The translations under genes and the position numbers were made by a program. From assembly GCA_964469675.1 (NCBI GenBank), contig CAYYBV010000001.1, positions 12,909 to 40,605 of the forward strand: DNA of 27,697 nt, read 5' to 3'. Positions within the stretch are counted from its first letter, which is position 1. Each line of letters opens with the position of its first letter. Of this stretch, positions 8,424 through 16,806 are shown in pieces. The notes under the pieces were generated by a model. The model saw only the letters and a program-made list of their open reading frames with translations, did not search any database and was not told where the DNA came from. The DNA is from an uncultured Verrucomicrobiota bacterium (GTDB lineage Bacteria; Verrucomicrobiota; Kiritimatiellia; JAAZAB01).

Positions 8424-9379
8424 AATCAGCCATCGCCTTTTTAGCGCTCTGTGTCTTGCTGTCGGCCGGCTGCGCGCCGCGCCAGCCGGACCCGGCGCCG
8501 GATGCGATAAGGATTGTTTCGTTGGCGCCTAACCTGACCGAAATGGTCTGTGCCGTCGGCGCGGGTGCCGCGCTGGTGGGCCGGACCAGCGCCTGCGACT
8601 ATCCGCCGGAAATCATCAAATCCGTGCCTGTGATCGGCGGATTCGGCGCGCCCTCGCTGGACCGGCTCCTGGCCACCCGTCCAACCCTGATCCTGGATGT
8701 AGACTTGGAAGACGAAACAACGGCCAGCCTGATGATGCAAACGGGTGTCCGGCGCGTACGGGTGCCTTGTGCGACGCTCGACGAGATTCCCGCGGCCATA
8801 ATTACGGTCGGGCGCCTGGCAAATTGCGCGGCCGCCCAGCCATTGGCCGAGCGCATTCGCCGCGCGGTTTTGGAACGGCGCAATGCGGTCAAAGTTTATC
8901 AAGCATCCGGGCAAACCGTGCCTACGGTTTTCGCCGAAATCTGGGGCGACCCGCTGATGACGGTGGGCCGCAACTCTTTTGTTTCCGAACTGATTGCGCT
9001 GGCCGGCGGCAGGAATCTGGGTGATGAGGTAACCGACAAGGATTATTTTCCTGTTTCCAGCGAATGGGTCATCGCGCGTAATCCGGACATTATTCTGTGT
9101 TTGTATATGACCAAGGCCGGCGGTGGACAAGCGCCAGGCGACGAACGGGGGCTAAACGCCGGCAAAAAAGCAACAACCGAAAATCGAAAGTCCAATACCG
9201 GCGTGCGGCTGTCCGGACGGCCAGGCTGGGCGCAGATCAAGGCCGTCCGTGACAATCGCGTATACGGCGGGTTTGACAATAATCTTATTCTCCGTCCCGG
9301 CCCGCGTGTTTTGGAAGGCATCGCGGCATTGCAAACATGTTTTCAAAATGGCGTGCATCCGGGTGCAGATCATCCCTGA
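8420..9379 (+). CDS. btuF: Cobalamin/cobinamide-binding lipoprotein (BtuF-like)
   Basis: ATGA overlap with the cobS stop. Lipobox SAGC. RIVSLAPNLTEMVCAVG, GRTSACDYP, EWVIARNPDIIL, RPGW..IKAVRDNRVY, LRPGPR. B12 specificity inferred from the cobS context. Confidence 0.85.
   Translation: MKSAIAFLALCVLLSAGCAPRQPDPAPDAIRIVSLAPNLTEMVCAVGAGAALVGRTSACDYPPEIIKSVPVIGGFGAPSLDRLLATRPTLILDVDLEDETTASLMMQTGVRRVRVPCATLDEIPAAIITVGRLANCAAAQPLAERIRRAVLERRNAVKVYQASGQTVPTVFAEIWGDPLMTVGRNSFVSELIALAGGRNLGDEVTDKDYFPVSSEWVIARNPDIILCLYMTKAGGGQAPGDERGLNAGKKATTENRKSNTGVRLSGRPGWAQIKAVRDNRVYGGFDNNLILRPGPRVLEGIAALQTCFQNGVHPGADHP
9171..9198 (+). repeat. Degenerate heptamer tandem array inside btuF
   Basis: caacaac-cgaaaat-cgaaagt-ccaatac, encoding part of ATTENRKSNT. 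Confidence 0.5.
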
Positions 9380-9461
9380 ACAAGGTCATTGGTTGATGCG
9401 TCGGTTGCTTGCGAACAGGCTTGGGTGGCGGGTCGCGCTGCATTAGCGTTAATTGGTTGCC

Positions 9462-10427
9462 ATGAGAAAAAAAGCCATTTGGATATTGCTCGTCATCACG
9501 CCGCTGGCCATGGGCGCATGCCTGTTTGTGGGCGCCGCCAACCTGGCCACGCATGATTGGGCGACGCCCCTGGGGCGCGCTATTCTAGGCTTGCGCGCCA
9601 GCCGGATTGCGGCCGGGTTTGTGGTCGGCGGAGCGCTGGCCGGCGCGGGCGTCGTGCTCCAGGCGCTCCTGCGCAACCCGCTGGCGGAGCCCTATGTGTT
9701 GGGCGTCAGCGGTGGGTCTGCCCTGGGCGTCGCCGTGGCGATTTTTTTGGGCGCCGTCGGTGTGTTTACGCTTTCTTTCAGTGCTTTTACCGCCGGTGTC
9801 CTGGCGCTGGCCGTCGTCTATCTGCTGGCATACCATAGTGGTGCGCCCTCGCTTTATGCGCTATTGTTAAGCGGGGTCATCATTAGCGCCATCTGTTCCA
9901 GCCTGCTGATGCTGATCATTTCAATTGCGCCGGCGGAGGGCTTGCACAGCATCACCTGGTGGATGCTGGGCAATTTACAGGTGACGTCCCTGCCGCTTCT
10001 GCTGTTCAGCGCCGCATTGATTCTGGCCGCGTTTATCGGCATATGGCTCATGGCGCGCGAATTGAATGCCCTGACCCTCGGCCAGGAGATGGCCTATCAT
10101 TTGGGCGTACGCACGCGCCTGGTCGTTACCATGGGGCTGGGCCTGGCCACGCTCATGACCGCCGCGGCCGTTGCCGTGGCCGGGCTCATTGGATTTGTCG
10201 GCCTTATCGTTCCGCACGTCATGCGCAGTATCGTTGGCCCCGATCATCGGCGGCTCATCCCGGCGGCAACGCTTGCCGGCGGGCTGTTTTTGACGCTGTG
10301 CGACACGCTGGCCCGCACGGTTGCCGCGCCAATTGAAATTCCGGTAGGGGTTATCACGGCGCTGGTGGGCGGGCCTTTTTTCCTTGTGCTCCTGCGCCGC
10401 CGCCGCCATGGGGCGTGGGGCGAATAA
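9462..10427 (+). CDS. btuC: FecCD/BtuC-family ABC permease
   Basis: LRASRI..G..VGGALAGAGVVLQALLRNPLAEPYVLGVSGG, LNALTLG...A..LG, GLIGFVGLIVPH, EIPVGVITALVGGPFF. Confidence 0.92.
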   Translation: MRKKAIWILLVITPLAMGACLFVGAANLATHDWATPLGRAILGLRASRIAAGFVVGGALAGAGVVLQALLRNPLAEPYVLGVSGGSALGVAVAIFLGAVGVFTLSFSAFTAGVLALAVVYLLAYHSGAPSLYALLLSGVIISAICSSLLMLIISIAPAEGLHSITWWMLGNLQVTSLPLLLFSAALILAAFIGIWLMARELNALTLGQEMAYHLGVRTRLVVTMGLGLATLMTAAAVAVAGLIGFVGLIVPHVMRSIVGPDHRRLIPAATLAGGLFLTLCDTLARTVAAPIEIPVGVITALVGGPFFLVLLRRRRHGAWGE

Positions 10428-10451
10428 TCCCGGTGTGTTTCTTCGGCGCGC

Positions 10452-10480
10452 TTGACCGCAAAACTGTTGATCAATACATT
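10452..10480 (+). promoter_or_regulatory. Candidate sigma70 promoter of the BspA-like gene
   Basis: TTGACC (10452-10457), 17 nt spacer, TACATT (10475-10480). SD AGGAGA at 10590-10595. Confidence 0.6.
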
Positions 10481-10598
10481 ACAAATATATTGCAAATTTG
10501 AATTCGGTATTTTACCATTGTGAAAAGCAATTAACTTTTTACGCCGAATAAATATTTGTGCACGTAACCAGCGGGCAGCCGTTAAAACCAGGAGAACC

Positions 10599-12383
10599 AT
10601 GAAAAGATCAATGCTGGCGATGCTTGTATTGCTGACAATCACGATGACGGTAAAGGCGGATGTTTCCGGTGATTATGTCTACACGGTAAATCCCAATGGC
10701 ACGGTCCGAATTGACGAATACACCGGATCTGACATTTTGGTTACTGTTCCAAATATCATCAGTGGCAGGACGGTGGTCGGCATCGGACGCTATGCCTTCG
10801 CCGACAATGACATCATGACCAGCGTCACGATCCCCGACAGCGTTCTCTACCTCGAAGACTATGTTTTCGATGATTGCTCCAATCTATCAAGCGTTACGAT
10901 CGGCACCGGCGTTGCCAGCATTGGTTTTCGGGTGTTCGATGATTGTCCCAACTTGACGATCATCAACGTTACCGCGGGGAACACTTCCTACAGCAGTTCG
11001 GATAATGTTTTGTTCAACAACGGCCAGACCGCGCTCATTCAATGCCCGGGTGGCAGGGCCGGAAGCTACACGATCCCGGATGGCGTCACCAGTGTCGAGC
11101 GCGGGGCGTTCTTTTGGTGCACTCGCCTGGAAGGCGTCACGATTGCTTCCACCGTCACTAACATAGCCGCAGAGGCGTTCTGGAGTTGCACCAGCCTGGG
11201 AGGCATCGTGATCCCCAACGGCGTGACCAGCATCGGGGATAATGCCTTCTGGGGCTGCACCAACATGGCCAGCGCCACGATTGGCGCCAGTGTTGCCAAC
11301 ATCGGGGAATTTGCGTTCTATGAATGCGCCCGTCTGACCGAAGTCAGTCTTCCCGCCAGTGTCACCAACATCGGGTACGCGGCTTTTGTCCGCTGCGCCA
11401 GCCTGGCGGCCATCACGGTGGACGGGGGCAACCCTGCCTACAGCAGTAGTGGTAATGGTCTTTTGTTCAATAAAAACAAGACGACGCTCATCCAATGCCC
11501 GGGTGCCAAAAGCATTGTCACGATCCCCGCCGGTGTCGGCAGCATTGGGCGCGGGGCGTTCTACTGGTGTGCTAGATTGGATAGCATCCCGATCCCCGAC
11601 AGCGTCACCAACATCGGGAACAGCAGTTTTGCCTTTTGCACCAACCTGACCACCATCACGATGCCTAACAGTGTCGCCGATATTGGGTATTACGCGTTTG
11701 AAAACTGCTCCCGCCTGGATAGTATTACGATCCCCGACAACGTCACCAGCCTCAAATACTGGGCGTTCATCAGTTGCAGCAGCCTGCGCACCGCCACGAT
11801 TGCCGCCAACGTCACCAACATCGATGACGATGTCTTTGCTTCCTGTACCAACCTGGCCGGCGTCTATTTCCGGGGCAACGCTCCCGGCGGCAGTACGAAC
11901 ATTTTCTACAATGACGAAAATGTGACCGTCTATTACTTGGCCGGGGCCACGGGATGGGGCGCGACGTTTAGCGGCCGCCCAACCGCGCTATGGAATAACG
12001 CTTCGCCGGAACCAAGGATCAGGGCTAACGGCGCGGTTGGCACGGTAACCGTTAATTATCCCGAAACCGTGTCCATCACCGTGAGTTTGAATGCGGGGTC
12101 TTATGCGGGCGTTCCGGTCGATTGGTGGGTCGTTGCCCAGTCGGGATCGGCATGGTTCTATCGTGATAGCGTGAAGGGCTGGACGGAAGAAAGCAATTTG
12201 CATAATTGGCGCCCAGCTTATCAGGCGGGCTTGTTCAATCTTTCGACTTTTGAAGTCCTGCGCATCGCGGGTTTATCGCGGGGCGCGTATAAATTATATT
12301 TTGCGGTCGATTATCCGATGGATGGGGTTTTAAACCTGGATGGCATTATTTTTATGGACACGGTTGATCTCATCGTGCAGTAG
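10599..12383 (+). CDS. Secreted BspA/TpLRR-type leucine-rich-repeat protein with an uncharacterised ~125-aa C-terminal domain
   Basis: Signal peptide ending TVKA. N-cap YTVNPNGTVRIDEYTG. Many 23-aa repeats (SVTIPDSVTxIGxxAFxxCxxL). Two (Y)SSxxxxLFNxxxTxLIQCPG inserts. C-cap YFRGNAP..VYYLAGATGW. Confidence 0.92.
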   Translation: MKRSMLAMLVLLTITMTVKADVSGDYVYTVNPNGTVRIDEYTGSDILVTVPNIISGRTVVGIGRYAFADNDIMTSVTIPDSVLYLEDYVFDDCSNLSSVTIGTGVASIGFRVFDDCPNLTIINVTAGNTSYSSSDNVLFNNGQTALIQCPGGRAGSYTIPDGVTSVERGAFFWCTRLEGVTIASTVTNIAAEAFWSCTSLGGIVIPNGVTSIGDNAFWGCTNMASATIGASVANIGEFAFYECARLTEVSLPASVTNIGYAAFVRCASLAAITVDGGNPAYSSSGNGLLFNKNKTTLIQCPGAKSIVTIPAGVGSIGRGAFYWCARLDSIPIPDSVTNIGNSSFAFCTNLTTITMPNSVADIGYYAFENCSRLDSITIPDNVTSLKYWAFISCSSLRTATIAANVTNIDDDVFASCTNLAGVYFRGNAPGGSTNIFYNDENVTVYYLAGATGWGATFSGRPTALWNNASPEPRIRANGAVGTVTVNYPETVSITVSLNAGSYAGVPVDWWVVAQSGSAWFYRDSVKGWTEESNLHNWRPAYQAGLFNLSTFEVLRIAGLSRGAYKLYFAVDYPMDGVLNLDGIIFMDTVDLIVQ

Positions 12384-12413
12384 CAATTATAATAGCGTGA
12401 TTAGTGTGTGCAG

Positions 12414-12450
12414 AAAGGGGTTTTGACTTTACCGGTCAGCACCCCTTTTT
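12414..12450. terminator. Rho-independent terminator, probably bidirectional
   Basis: aaaggggttttgac-tttaccg-gtcagcaccccttttt: ~14-bp stem with one mismatch and one G-T pair, flanked by A and T tracts, 30 nt after the BspA stop. Confidence 0.75.
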
Positions 12451-12502
12451 GTTGCCGCCGGTAGTCCCCGGGTTGATTCGAGCGACCAGAATCAATATCC
12501 CT

Positions 12503-12531
12503 TTGTCTTCCCTCTGCCGAACTGGTATCTT
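12503..12531 (+). promoter_or_regulatory. Candidate promoter for btuD
   Basis: TTGTCT (12503-12508), 17 nt spacer, TATCTT (12526-12531), with extended-10 TG at 12523-12524. Confidence 0.5.
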
Positions 12532-12573
12532 CACGGGCATAACAACCGGTTGCCTTGTGAACCCCTGACAAGC

Positions 12574-13827
12574 ATGAATGCCGCATTTAGTTTTGAGCAT
12601 CTTTCGGCCGGGTATGCCGCGCGGACCGTATTAAACAATGTCAATTTTACGGTCGCGGAAGGCGAGATGGTGGCGCTGTTGGGGCCCAACGGCGCCGGTA
12701 AATCCACGCTCCTGCGGGTGCTGACCGGCCTGCACCCGGCAAGCGCCGGCAATGTCCGGCTGTTTGGCCAGGATGTGCGCCGCTTGCGGGCGCTGGATCG
12801 TTCACGCCTGATCGCCGTGGTGCCCCAAGAACTCACAACGCCCATGGCTTATACTGTGGAAGAACTGGTGCTCATGGGCCGCGCCGCCCTGTTGAGCCCG
12901 TGGCAGGCGCCCACTGCCGCGGATCGCCTGGTTGTCGAACGCGCCATGGTTTACACCGACGTCAGCGAACTGCGTGATCGCCCGCTGGTGGCCCTCAGCG
13001 GCGGCGAGAAACAACGCGCCGTGATCGCCATGGCCTTGGCCCAGGAACCCCGCGTGATCGTCATGGACGAACCGACCACCCACCTCGACCTGAATCATTC
13101 GTTGGAAATCATGCAGATCATCGAGCGCCTGAACCGTAACCAGCGTGTTACGGTCATGATGACCAGCCATGATTTAAACCTTGCTGCCGAATTCTGCCAA
13201 CGCCTGATCCTGTTGGATCATGGCGCGCTGGTCGCCGATGGCACGCCTTCCGAGGTTCTGCGTGAAAATGTTTTGCGCGATGTGTATCATTGCGATATCC
13301 GGGTTGGGCAGGAACCGCATACCGGCGCGGTACTCGTCCTGCCGGCGCGGCGGCTGGCCGGGCCCCGGGTCGGGCAACACCTGCGCGTGCACGTCGTTGC
13401 CGGCGGCGGGTGTGCCGGCGAACTGCTGCGCCGGTTGAGCCTGGCAGGGTACCGGGTTAGTTGTGGCGTGCTTAACCAGCAGGATACGGATGCGCAGGTG
13501 GCGGAAGCGCTGGGTGTTGACATCGTGCTTGAAAAGCCGTTTTCACCAATTGGCCCAGCGGCGCTGGAGCAAGCCAAAATCATGGCGGCGGATGCCGCCG
13601 TTGTGATTATTTGCGAGGTGCCGTTTGGCCCCGGGAATGTGGTTAACCTGGAGCTTGCCGACCAAGCCTTGCAGCGCGGCGGGCGCGTGTTGATCAACGA
13701 TCACCACCTGGCCAACCGGGATTACAGTCCTGACTGTCAGGCGCGCGCCTGGATCCGGCGGCTGATGGAGGCGGGCGCCACGCCCTGGCACCAGATAAAT
13801 CAGGTCTTGGGCGCCCTAACCCCTTGA
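12574..13827 (+). CDS. btuD: BtuD/FecE-type ABC ATP-binding protein with a ~160-aa C-terminal extension
   Basis: GPNGAGKST, LSGGEKQR, VMDEPTTHLD, TSHDLNLAAEFC, GTPSEVL. The extra domain begins near RVHVVAGGGC. Start at ATG 12574 preferred over TTG 12550. Confidence 0.88.
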   Translation: MNAAFSFEHLSAGYAARTVLNNVNFTVAEGEMVALLGPNGAGKSTLLRVLTGLHPASAGNVRLFGQDVRRLRALDRSRLIAVVPQELTTPMAYTVEELVLMGRAALLSPWQAPTAADRLVVERAMVYTDVSELRDRPLVALSGGEKQRAVIAMALAQEPRVIVMDEPTTHLDLNHSLEIMQIIERLNRNQRVTVMMTSHDLNLAAEFCQRLILLDHGALVADGTPSEVLRENVLRDVYHCDIRVGQEPHTGAVLVLPARRLAGPRVGQHLRVHVVAGGGCAGELLRRLSLAGYRVSCGVLNQQDTDAQVAEALGVDIVLEKPFSPIGPAALEQAKIMAADAAVVIICEVPFGPGNVVNLELADQALQRGGRVLINDHHLANRDYSPDCQARAWIRRLMEAGATPWHQINQVLGALTP

Positions 13828-13866
13828 TTTTGCAGCGCGTCAGTGCGGCCCCGCTGGAAACAAAAC

Positions 13867-13894
13867 TTGACTTCACTGCGGCGTTTGCTAAATT
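13867..13894 (+). promoter_or_regulatory. Candidate sigma70 promoter for the DUF883 pair
   Basis: TTGACT (13867-13872), 16 nt spacer, TAAATT (13889-13894) with extended TG. SD-like AAAGGG at ~13915-13920. Confidence 0.55.
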
Positions 13895-13929
13895 AAACAT
13901 AAAGAAAATAAACGAAAGGGACATTAATT

Positions 13930-14274
13930 ATGGAACAGACATTGTCGAACAACGAGAAGATCGCGGAAGCCCTGCGCCTGCTGGAAGACGCGGCCAAGGG
14001 TAAAAAAGAAGAGCTGCGCACGCTGGTATCGAATAAATACCACAATCTTAAAAACGCCTTTGGCGCGGTTGAACTCGGCATGGCCGATGCGATGGCCGCC
14101 GCCAAAAAAAGAACCATAGAAGCTGCCTTACAGGCGAAGGATGTTGGTCTTGTAAAGGCTAAGGAAATCGCCGCCGACGTGGATGAGCAAGTCCGCGAGA
14201 ATCCGTGGCCCTATATGGGCGGCGTTGCCGTTGCCGCTTTGCTGATCGGCTATATTCTGGGCAGGAACAAGTAG
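13930..14274 (+). CDS. DUF883 (YqjD/ElaB)-family tail-anchored protein
   Basis: 114 aa. Helical, charged N-terminus. C-terminal VRENPW..MGGVAVAALLIGYILGR motif. Confidence 0.88.
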   Translation: MEQTLSNNEKIAEALRLLEDAAKGKKEELRTLVSNKYHNLKNAFGAVELGMADAMAAAKKRTIEAALQAKDVGLVKAKEIAADVDEQVRENPWPYMGGVAVAALLIGYILGRNK

Positions 14275-14436
14275 AAACCGGCCGGCAGATACTGGATGGC
14301 GCGGGCCGCGTGCGGCGAGCATTGTGTTGGTCGTTGGTTAACAAGTGATTGACCGCTGTGCGGCGGATTGAACGCCCATTTTTGCATTGAAGATCAGATA
14401 GCAATGGGCGCGCGGGCAAAGATTAAGGATCAGTTT

Positions 14437-14841
14437 ATGTGGGCTCATTTTTTGCGAACCCTTTTAGCGACAACCTCCGTATGGTTGTTGAATAAATACC
14501 GGCAGAAGTCCCTGGAGCTGATCAAACTGGAAGCGGCCATCGGTTACGTTAAAGGGGTGCGCTCGGCCCGGCAGGCCTTTCTGGCGGTTCTGGTGGTCGT
14601 CCTGGGCGCCGGTCTGCTGGCCGCTGGTTTTGTGCTACTGCACATTGGGCTTGGCATTCTGCTTTATCTGATCTTCCAGAACTGGTGGGCATTGGGCTTG
14701 GCGATTCTGGCCCTCGGCATTCTTTATGTCATCGTGCCGCTGCTTGTTATCCGGCGGCTTTGCGCCGAAAAAACCTGGATGCATTTTTTCAAGGCCGATA
14801 AAATCGTCGGGCAGGTGACCAAAACACCGAAACCCGGCTGA
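14437..14841 (+). CDS. Small two-TM membrane protein, YqjE/phage-holin_3_6-like (alternative start 14404)
   Basis: LELIKLEA motif then two hydrophobic helices. Position after DUF883 mirrors yqjD-yqjE. AAGGA 7 nt before ATG 14437. Confidence 0.55.
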   Translation: MWAHFLRTLLATTSVWLLNKYRQKSLELIKLEAAIGYVKGVRSARQAFLAVLVVVLGAGLLAAGFVLLHIGLGILLYLIFQNWWALGLAILALGILYVIVPLLVIRRLCAEKTWMHFFKADKIVGQVTKTPKPG

Positions 14842-14911
14842 CCGTTCAACGTTTTACACTGGAATCTTTACTTGTTTTTTCCACCGGCGGCTGTCGCTCC
14901 GCGCTCAATAT

Positions 14912-15412
14912 TTAGCGCCCCACATGCTTCCCGGCCGACTCCATGATCAATATCGCCCGGCCCCAACCATCTGCCTTGCGGGACGATGCCAGCGTGCATT
15001 CCACGAGCCGCCAGGGCGGACGTTGCATTGCGGCTATCTGCAGGAAGCCGGGCAATTGGTCAAATTCCACGTCGCTGAAGACAACTTCCATTTGCCAAAG
15101 CGTCCAGCCGGCTGCAAGGTTGCGCGTTTCGCGTTCCCGAATTTCCGGCGTTGTGTTGGTTAAGATAGCCCGGCCCATGCTCGCCAATGAGACGGGCTGC
15201 GCGTTGCTCAGCCCCTCAAAGACGCGCAAGGCCGCCTGGTGGCGGGCGCGCGTCTGTTGCATTACCTTCAGTTGGTCAAGGGTTTCAATTTTACTGCGGA
15301 GCTTGCCGCGCAGTTCCAGGTTCTGGCGCAACGTGGTAACGGCCCCCAGCACCCCGGCCATAAATACCGCCAGCGCGCAGACCTGCAGAATAATCAATGT
15401 TTTCGGCTTCAT
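14912..15412 (-). CDS. GspM/PilO-like inner-membrane platform protein
   Basis: N-terminal TM, coiled coil, then a ferredoxin-like pattern (EVVFSDVEFDQLPGFL). ATGA-coupled to the gspL-like gene. Identity rests largely on synteny. Confidence 0.55.
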   Translation of the reverse strand: MKPKTLIILQVCALAVFMAGVLGAVTTLRQNLELRGKLRSKIETLDQLKVMQQTRARHQAALRVFEGLSNAQPVSLASMGRAILTNTTPEIRERETRNLAAGWTLWQMEVVFSDVEFDQLPGFLQIAAMQRPPWRLVECTLASSRKADGWGRAILIMESAGKHVGR

Positions 15413-16806
15413 GGCCCACCGCCTTCAGCGTTGATTGTGAAGCGCACTTCGGTCTCTGCCACGGCCTCCTGCCGGTCCAGTTTCACGGTGTAGCCCAAAG
15501 CTTTCAGGTTTTGTTCCAAAGTGCCGCACTGATCCCAGTCCTCGGCTACACCGGTAAGTACCAAGCTGTTGCGTTTTAGTTTCAAGGTCTCCAAGTGCAC
15601 GGCGGCCGCCTGGCCCGCCTTGATAATCTCGGCCAGGCGCACGGCCAGCGAAGGCATGAATGCATCAAGCAATGGAGCGGTCTGGGGCGCTTGTTGCTCC
15701 CATGCTTTCTGAACTTCCGGAATTTCACGGCCATATTGAATATGCGCACCGGGAGCCAGCTCGCCGGCCAGTGCCGTGATTTCGGATTTGATGCGGTTAA
15801 ATTGACGCGCACCCAAAAGGCGCGACGTTAAACTGAATCCAGCCAGCAGGATGCCGGCAATCAGGATGCCCACGGCGGCGGCACGCGTGCGACCATCCAG
15901 GGCGTGCTGCAACACCGGGTGCGTAAAGGATTGCTGGCGCAAATTGCACCGCAACGGTCCGCGCTTAACTGCGCGATTGCAAAGGGCGCGCGCCAGGAAG
16001 GCGGCGGGCGCGTTAATCAATGTCAAAGGCCCCGGCCAGGTTGCGGTCAATGACCGGTGTAACATTTCCGCCATGTCCGGCTGTCCGCCGCCCGCGTCAC
16101 AGAATAGCCACTGCACGTTGACGCCGGCAGGAATATCCGCATGTAAAATAAGTTGCAGTCGGTTAACAAGGTCGCCATCCTTGGTGGGCGCCGTCATCTG
16201 CAGGCTATGCGCATTGGCATAACGTTTGCCGCAACCGATGACCAGCGTGGCGTGATCGTTGGCCAGGTAAATCAGCGCCCGATATTGTTCAAGCCGCTGC
16301 TGCGGAACGGGGGGGCATTCAACCAGGCTTTGTGTCCAGAGGGCCAGGCCTTCATGGTCCAACAGCATCGGATTGATGCCCTGAGCCTGGTAGCGTTCCA
16401 GACAGGTTTGAATGGCTTCGCGGCGTGCGGCGCAAACCAGGGCGCTAACCTTGCCATCAGGCGTCCGGCGAAATTCCACAAACCGGTACAGGCAGTCCCC
16501 CAGCGGAAATGGCAGTTGGATAACCAGTAGCGAGGCCAGAACTTTCTCGGCCTTGGTGCGCGACACCAGCGGCGAGTTTAGCCATAGGGTGAGACTTTCC
16601 TGCACGGCCAGACAGCCTGAAGTTATGCCGCCGCTGCGGGTCTTTTCACCTGTGGCCAGCATGGTATGGCGCACGGTCCCGCCCGATGAGCGCAAGCCCT
16701 TGACAATGACGGCTTGGTCGCCTGCAAGCGTTATGCCGTAACAAAACCGCGGCCGGAATGGTATGGCGCTTTGGCAGGTAAAAATTAATTTTTCAGAAAT
16801 TGCCAT
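15409..16806 (-). CDS. gspL: GspL (PilM-PilN-like) T2SS platform protein
   Basis: Cytoplasmic actin-like region (QLPFPL, GINPMLLDHEGLAL, ATLVIG), single TM (AAAVGILIAGILLAGF), periplasmic PilN-like end (SLVLTGVAEDW...LEQNL). TAATG overlap with gspK. Confidence 0.65.
   Translation of the reverse strand: MAISEKLIFTCQSAIPFRPRFCYGITLAGDQAVIVKGLRSSGGTVRHTMLATGEKTRSGGITSGCLAVQESLTLWLNSPLVSRTKAEKVLASLLVIQLPFPLGDCLYRFVEFRRTPDGKVSALVCAARREAIQTCLERYQAQGINPMLLDHEGLALWTQSLVECPPVPQQRLEQYRALIYLANDHATLVIGCGKRYANAHSLQMTAPTKDGDLVNRLQLILHADIPAGVNVQWLFCDAGGGQPDMAEMLHRSLTATWPGPLTLINAPAAFLARALCNRAVKRGPLRCNLRQQSFTHPVLQHALDGRTRAAAVGILIAGILLAGFSLTSRLLGARQFNRIKSEITALAGELAPGAHIQYGREIPEVQKAWEQQAPQTAPLLDAFMPSLAVRLAEIIKAGQAAAVHLETLKLKRNSLVLTGVAEDWDQCGTLEQNLKALGYTVKLDRQEAVAETEVRFTINAEGGGP

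Noticed and set aside
10519-10534. CRP/FNR-like site TGTGA-N6-ATTAA upstream of the BspA gene
   Set aside because: Only one half-site matches.
10599-12383. BspA gene as a diversity-generating retroelement target
   Set aside because: No reverse transcriptase and no template/variable repeat pair differing only at adenines. The repeats are ordinary LRR coding repeats.
12451-12573. Possible cobalamin or TPP riboswitch before btuD
   Set aside because: No conserved core on either strand. Only a terminator, a small ttgattc/gaatcaa hairpin and a promoter-like element are present.
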